A DNA stretch of 43,167 bases, taken from NCBI GenBank assembly GCA_964626275.1, contig CAZVCZ010000004.1:1-43167 (forward strand). Direction: 5' to 3'. The position numbers and the translations under genes were made by a program. Under the pieces are notes generated by a model. That model saw nothing but the letters and a program-made list of their open reading frames with translations. It searched no databases and was not told the DNA's origin. Source of the DNA: an uncultured Bifidobacteriaceae bacterium. GTDB lineage: Bacteria > Actinomycetota > Actinomycetes > S36-B12. Of the stretch, positions 41,910-43,167 are shown in pieces; the first letter of the stretch is position 1; each line of letters begins with the position of its first letter.

Positions 41910-42962
41910 GTGCTGACCTCTGCGGAGCGGAATGCGCTCGACCGAGCTCTCGACCTCGCGGCAACCCCCGGCGTCCCGCCCGGTCCCAATCCGCGAGTGG
42001 GGTGCGTCATCCTCAGCCCGGAAGGAGAGGTCATCGCTGAAGGCTTCCACCGGGGAGCCGGGACACCCCACGCGGAGGTAGCCGCGCTTGCCGTCGCTGG
42101 AGGGGCTGCTCGGGGAGCAACCGCGGTGGTCAGCCTCGAACCCTGTGATCACCAGGGGCGCACCGGCCCATGCACCCAGGCCCTGCTCGACGCAGGCATC
42201 ACACGAGTGGTCTATGCGCTTCCGGATCCGACTCCGCAGGCCGGTGGCGGCGCTGAACGACTGAGCGCTGCGGGTGTGCAGGTCCTGGCGGCTGATGGTG
42301 AGCAACAGGCACGGGCCCGTGACTTCCTCGAGCCGTGGACCGCCTCGCAGACGTGGGGGCGACCGTTCGTGACCGTGAAGATGGCGGCCACGCTCGACGG
42401 TCGCATCGCCGCCAGTGACGGAACGAGTCGCTGGATCACCGGACCTGAGTCGAGGCGTGATGTGCACCGGCTTCGTGCGAATGTCGATGCCGTCGTGGTT
42501 GGTCGCGGCACGGCCATGATCGATGACCCGTCACTCACGGTGAGAGACGTCGATGCCGGCGGCTATCAACCGCTGCGCGTCATCGTCGGCCGAGGTGACC
42601 TTCCCGATGATCTTGCTCTCTCAGGAGTCCAGGACGGATCGGTGCTTCACCTGCGCACCCACGAACCCGAGGAGATTCTCGACTCGCTTTTCGGGCGGGG
42701 AGTTCGCCATGTCCTGGTCGAAGGCGGCCCGACTCTGGTGAGTGCCTGGCTGCAGGCCGATGTCGTCGATCGGCTCGTGTGGTTCATCGCGCCGGTGATC
42801 CTCGGTTCTGGACCTGCGGCGGTGGGAGACATCGGCGTGAGCACGATGTCCGACGCATCCCGTTGGCAGGTGGTGAGTGTCGACCGGTTCGGCGAGGATG
42901 CAAGGATCGTGGCGGCGCGGACAACGGCCCAGACACGGGGCGCAGCGGAGAGGGAGACCTGA
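41910..42962 (+). CDS. ribD: Bifunctional riboflavin biosynthesis deaminase / reductase
   Basis: CMP/dCMP deaminase zinc motifs HAEVAAL and LEPCDHQGRTGPC. C-terminal RibD reductase domain (VTVKMAATLDGRIA). Confidence 0.92.
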   Translation: MLTSAERNALDRALDLAATPGVPPGPNPRVGCVILSPEGEVIAEGFHRGAGTPHAEVAALAVAGGAARGATAVVSLEPCDHQGRTGPCTQALLDAGITRVVYALPDPTPQAGGGAERLSAAGVQVLAADGEQQARARDFLEPWTASQTWGRPFVTVKMAATLDGRIAASDGTSRWITGPESRRDVHRLRANVDAVVVGRGTAMIDDPSLTVRDVDAGGYQPLRVIVGRGDLPDDLALSGVQDGSVLHLRTHEPEEILDSLFGRGVRHVLVEGGPTLVSAWLQADVVDRLVWFIAPVILGSGPAAVGDIGVSTMSDASRWQVVSVDRFGEDARIVAARTTAQTRGAAERET

Positions 42963-42964
42963 GG

Positions 42965-43167
42965 GTGTTCACCGGAATCGTGGAGGAGCGGGGGGAGATC
43001 GTCGACGTCCTGCGTCTGCCCGACGAAGCCGCGCGAGTGCGCATCCGGGGTCCGAGGGTGATCGACGATGCCCGCCTCGGAGATTCGATTGCCGTCAATG
43101 GGGTGTGCCTCACGGTGTCGCATCTCGACGGGGACGTGTTCGACGCAGACGTGATGCGCGAGACACT
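42965..43167 (+). CDS. ribE: Riboflavin synthase alpha chain (5' partial, runs off the window)
   Basis: Hand translation from GTG 42965 gives VFTGIVEERGEIVDVLRL...GDSIAVNGVCLTV, the typical lumazine-binding repeat N-terminus. No stop before the window end, so it is absent from the ORF track. Confidence 0.85.
   Translation, partial: MFTGIVEERGEIVDVLRLPDEAARVRIRGPRVIDDARLGDSIAVNGVCLTVSHLDGDVFDADVMRET

Noticed and set aside
1-43167. Scanned the whole window for mobile elements, prophage or defence genes, toxin-antitoxin pairs, CRISPR arrays, tRNA/rRNA genes and compositionally atypical (AT-rich) islands.
   Set aside because: None found. Every gap longer than about 60 nt is accounted for by a leader RNA or a divergent promoter region. 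No transposase, integrase or nuclease-like ORF is present, no array of spaced repeats is present, and composition looks uniform by eye. The window appears to be conserved core genome rather than an accessory island.

Overview
GC-rich, gene-dense chromosomal core segment of an actinobacterium, probably Micrococcales-like. I could support about 39 protein genes, almost all on the + strand, and found no rRNA, tRNA, CRISPR array, transposase, integrase or recognisable defence or accessory island. Gene order matches three conserved actinobacterial blocks. Block 1 is gpsA / ddl / DUF3515 / thiL, with a PLP enzyme gene inserted in the opposite orientation. Block 2 is trpCBA / lgt / gltBD / pyk. Block 3 runs pyrR-pyrB-pyrC-(membrane protein)-carAB-pyrK-pyrD-pyrF, then mihF::gmk-rpoZ-coaBC-metK-priA-def-fmt-rsmB-rpe-ribD-ribE. 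Between blocks 1 and 2 sits a small module of unknown role: an HGxxPAAW small membrane protein, an OmpR-type response regulator, a histidine kinase and a DUF2752 membrane protein. I do not see a large novel multi-gene system here, and I say so plainly. The points worth a second look are smaller. (i) An in-frame fusion of the nucleoid protein mIHF to guanylate kinase. (ii) coaBC has no ATG/GTG/TTG start that keeps its flavin-binding N-terminus, so it apparently starts at a CTG overlapping the rpoZ stop. (iii) A SAM-IV-like riboswitch with an SD-sequestering helix lies upstream of metK. (iv) A PyrR-binding stem-loop overlaps the pyrR SD. (v) A 14-15 bp tandem repeat duplicates the stop-codon end of the inserted PLP enzyme gene. 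(vi) Several short inverted repeats and leaderless-type promoter arrangements occur in very short spacers. All product calls come from reading motifs in the supplied translations; no database search was run. Start codons in particular are inferences.
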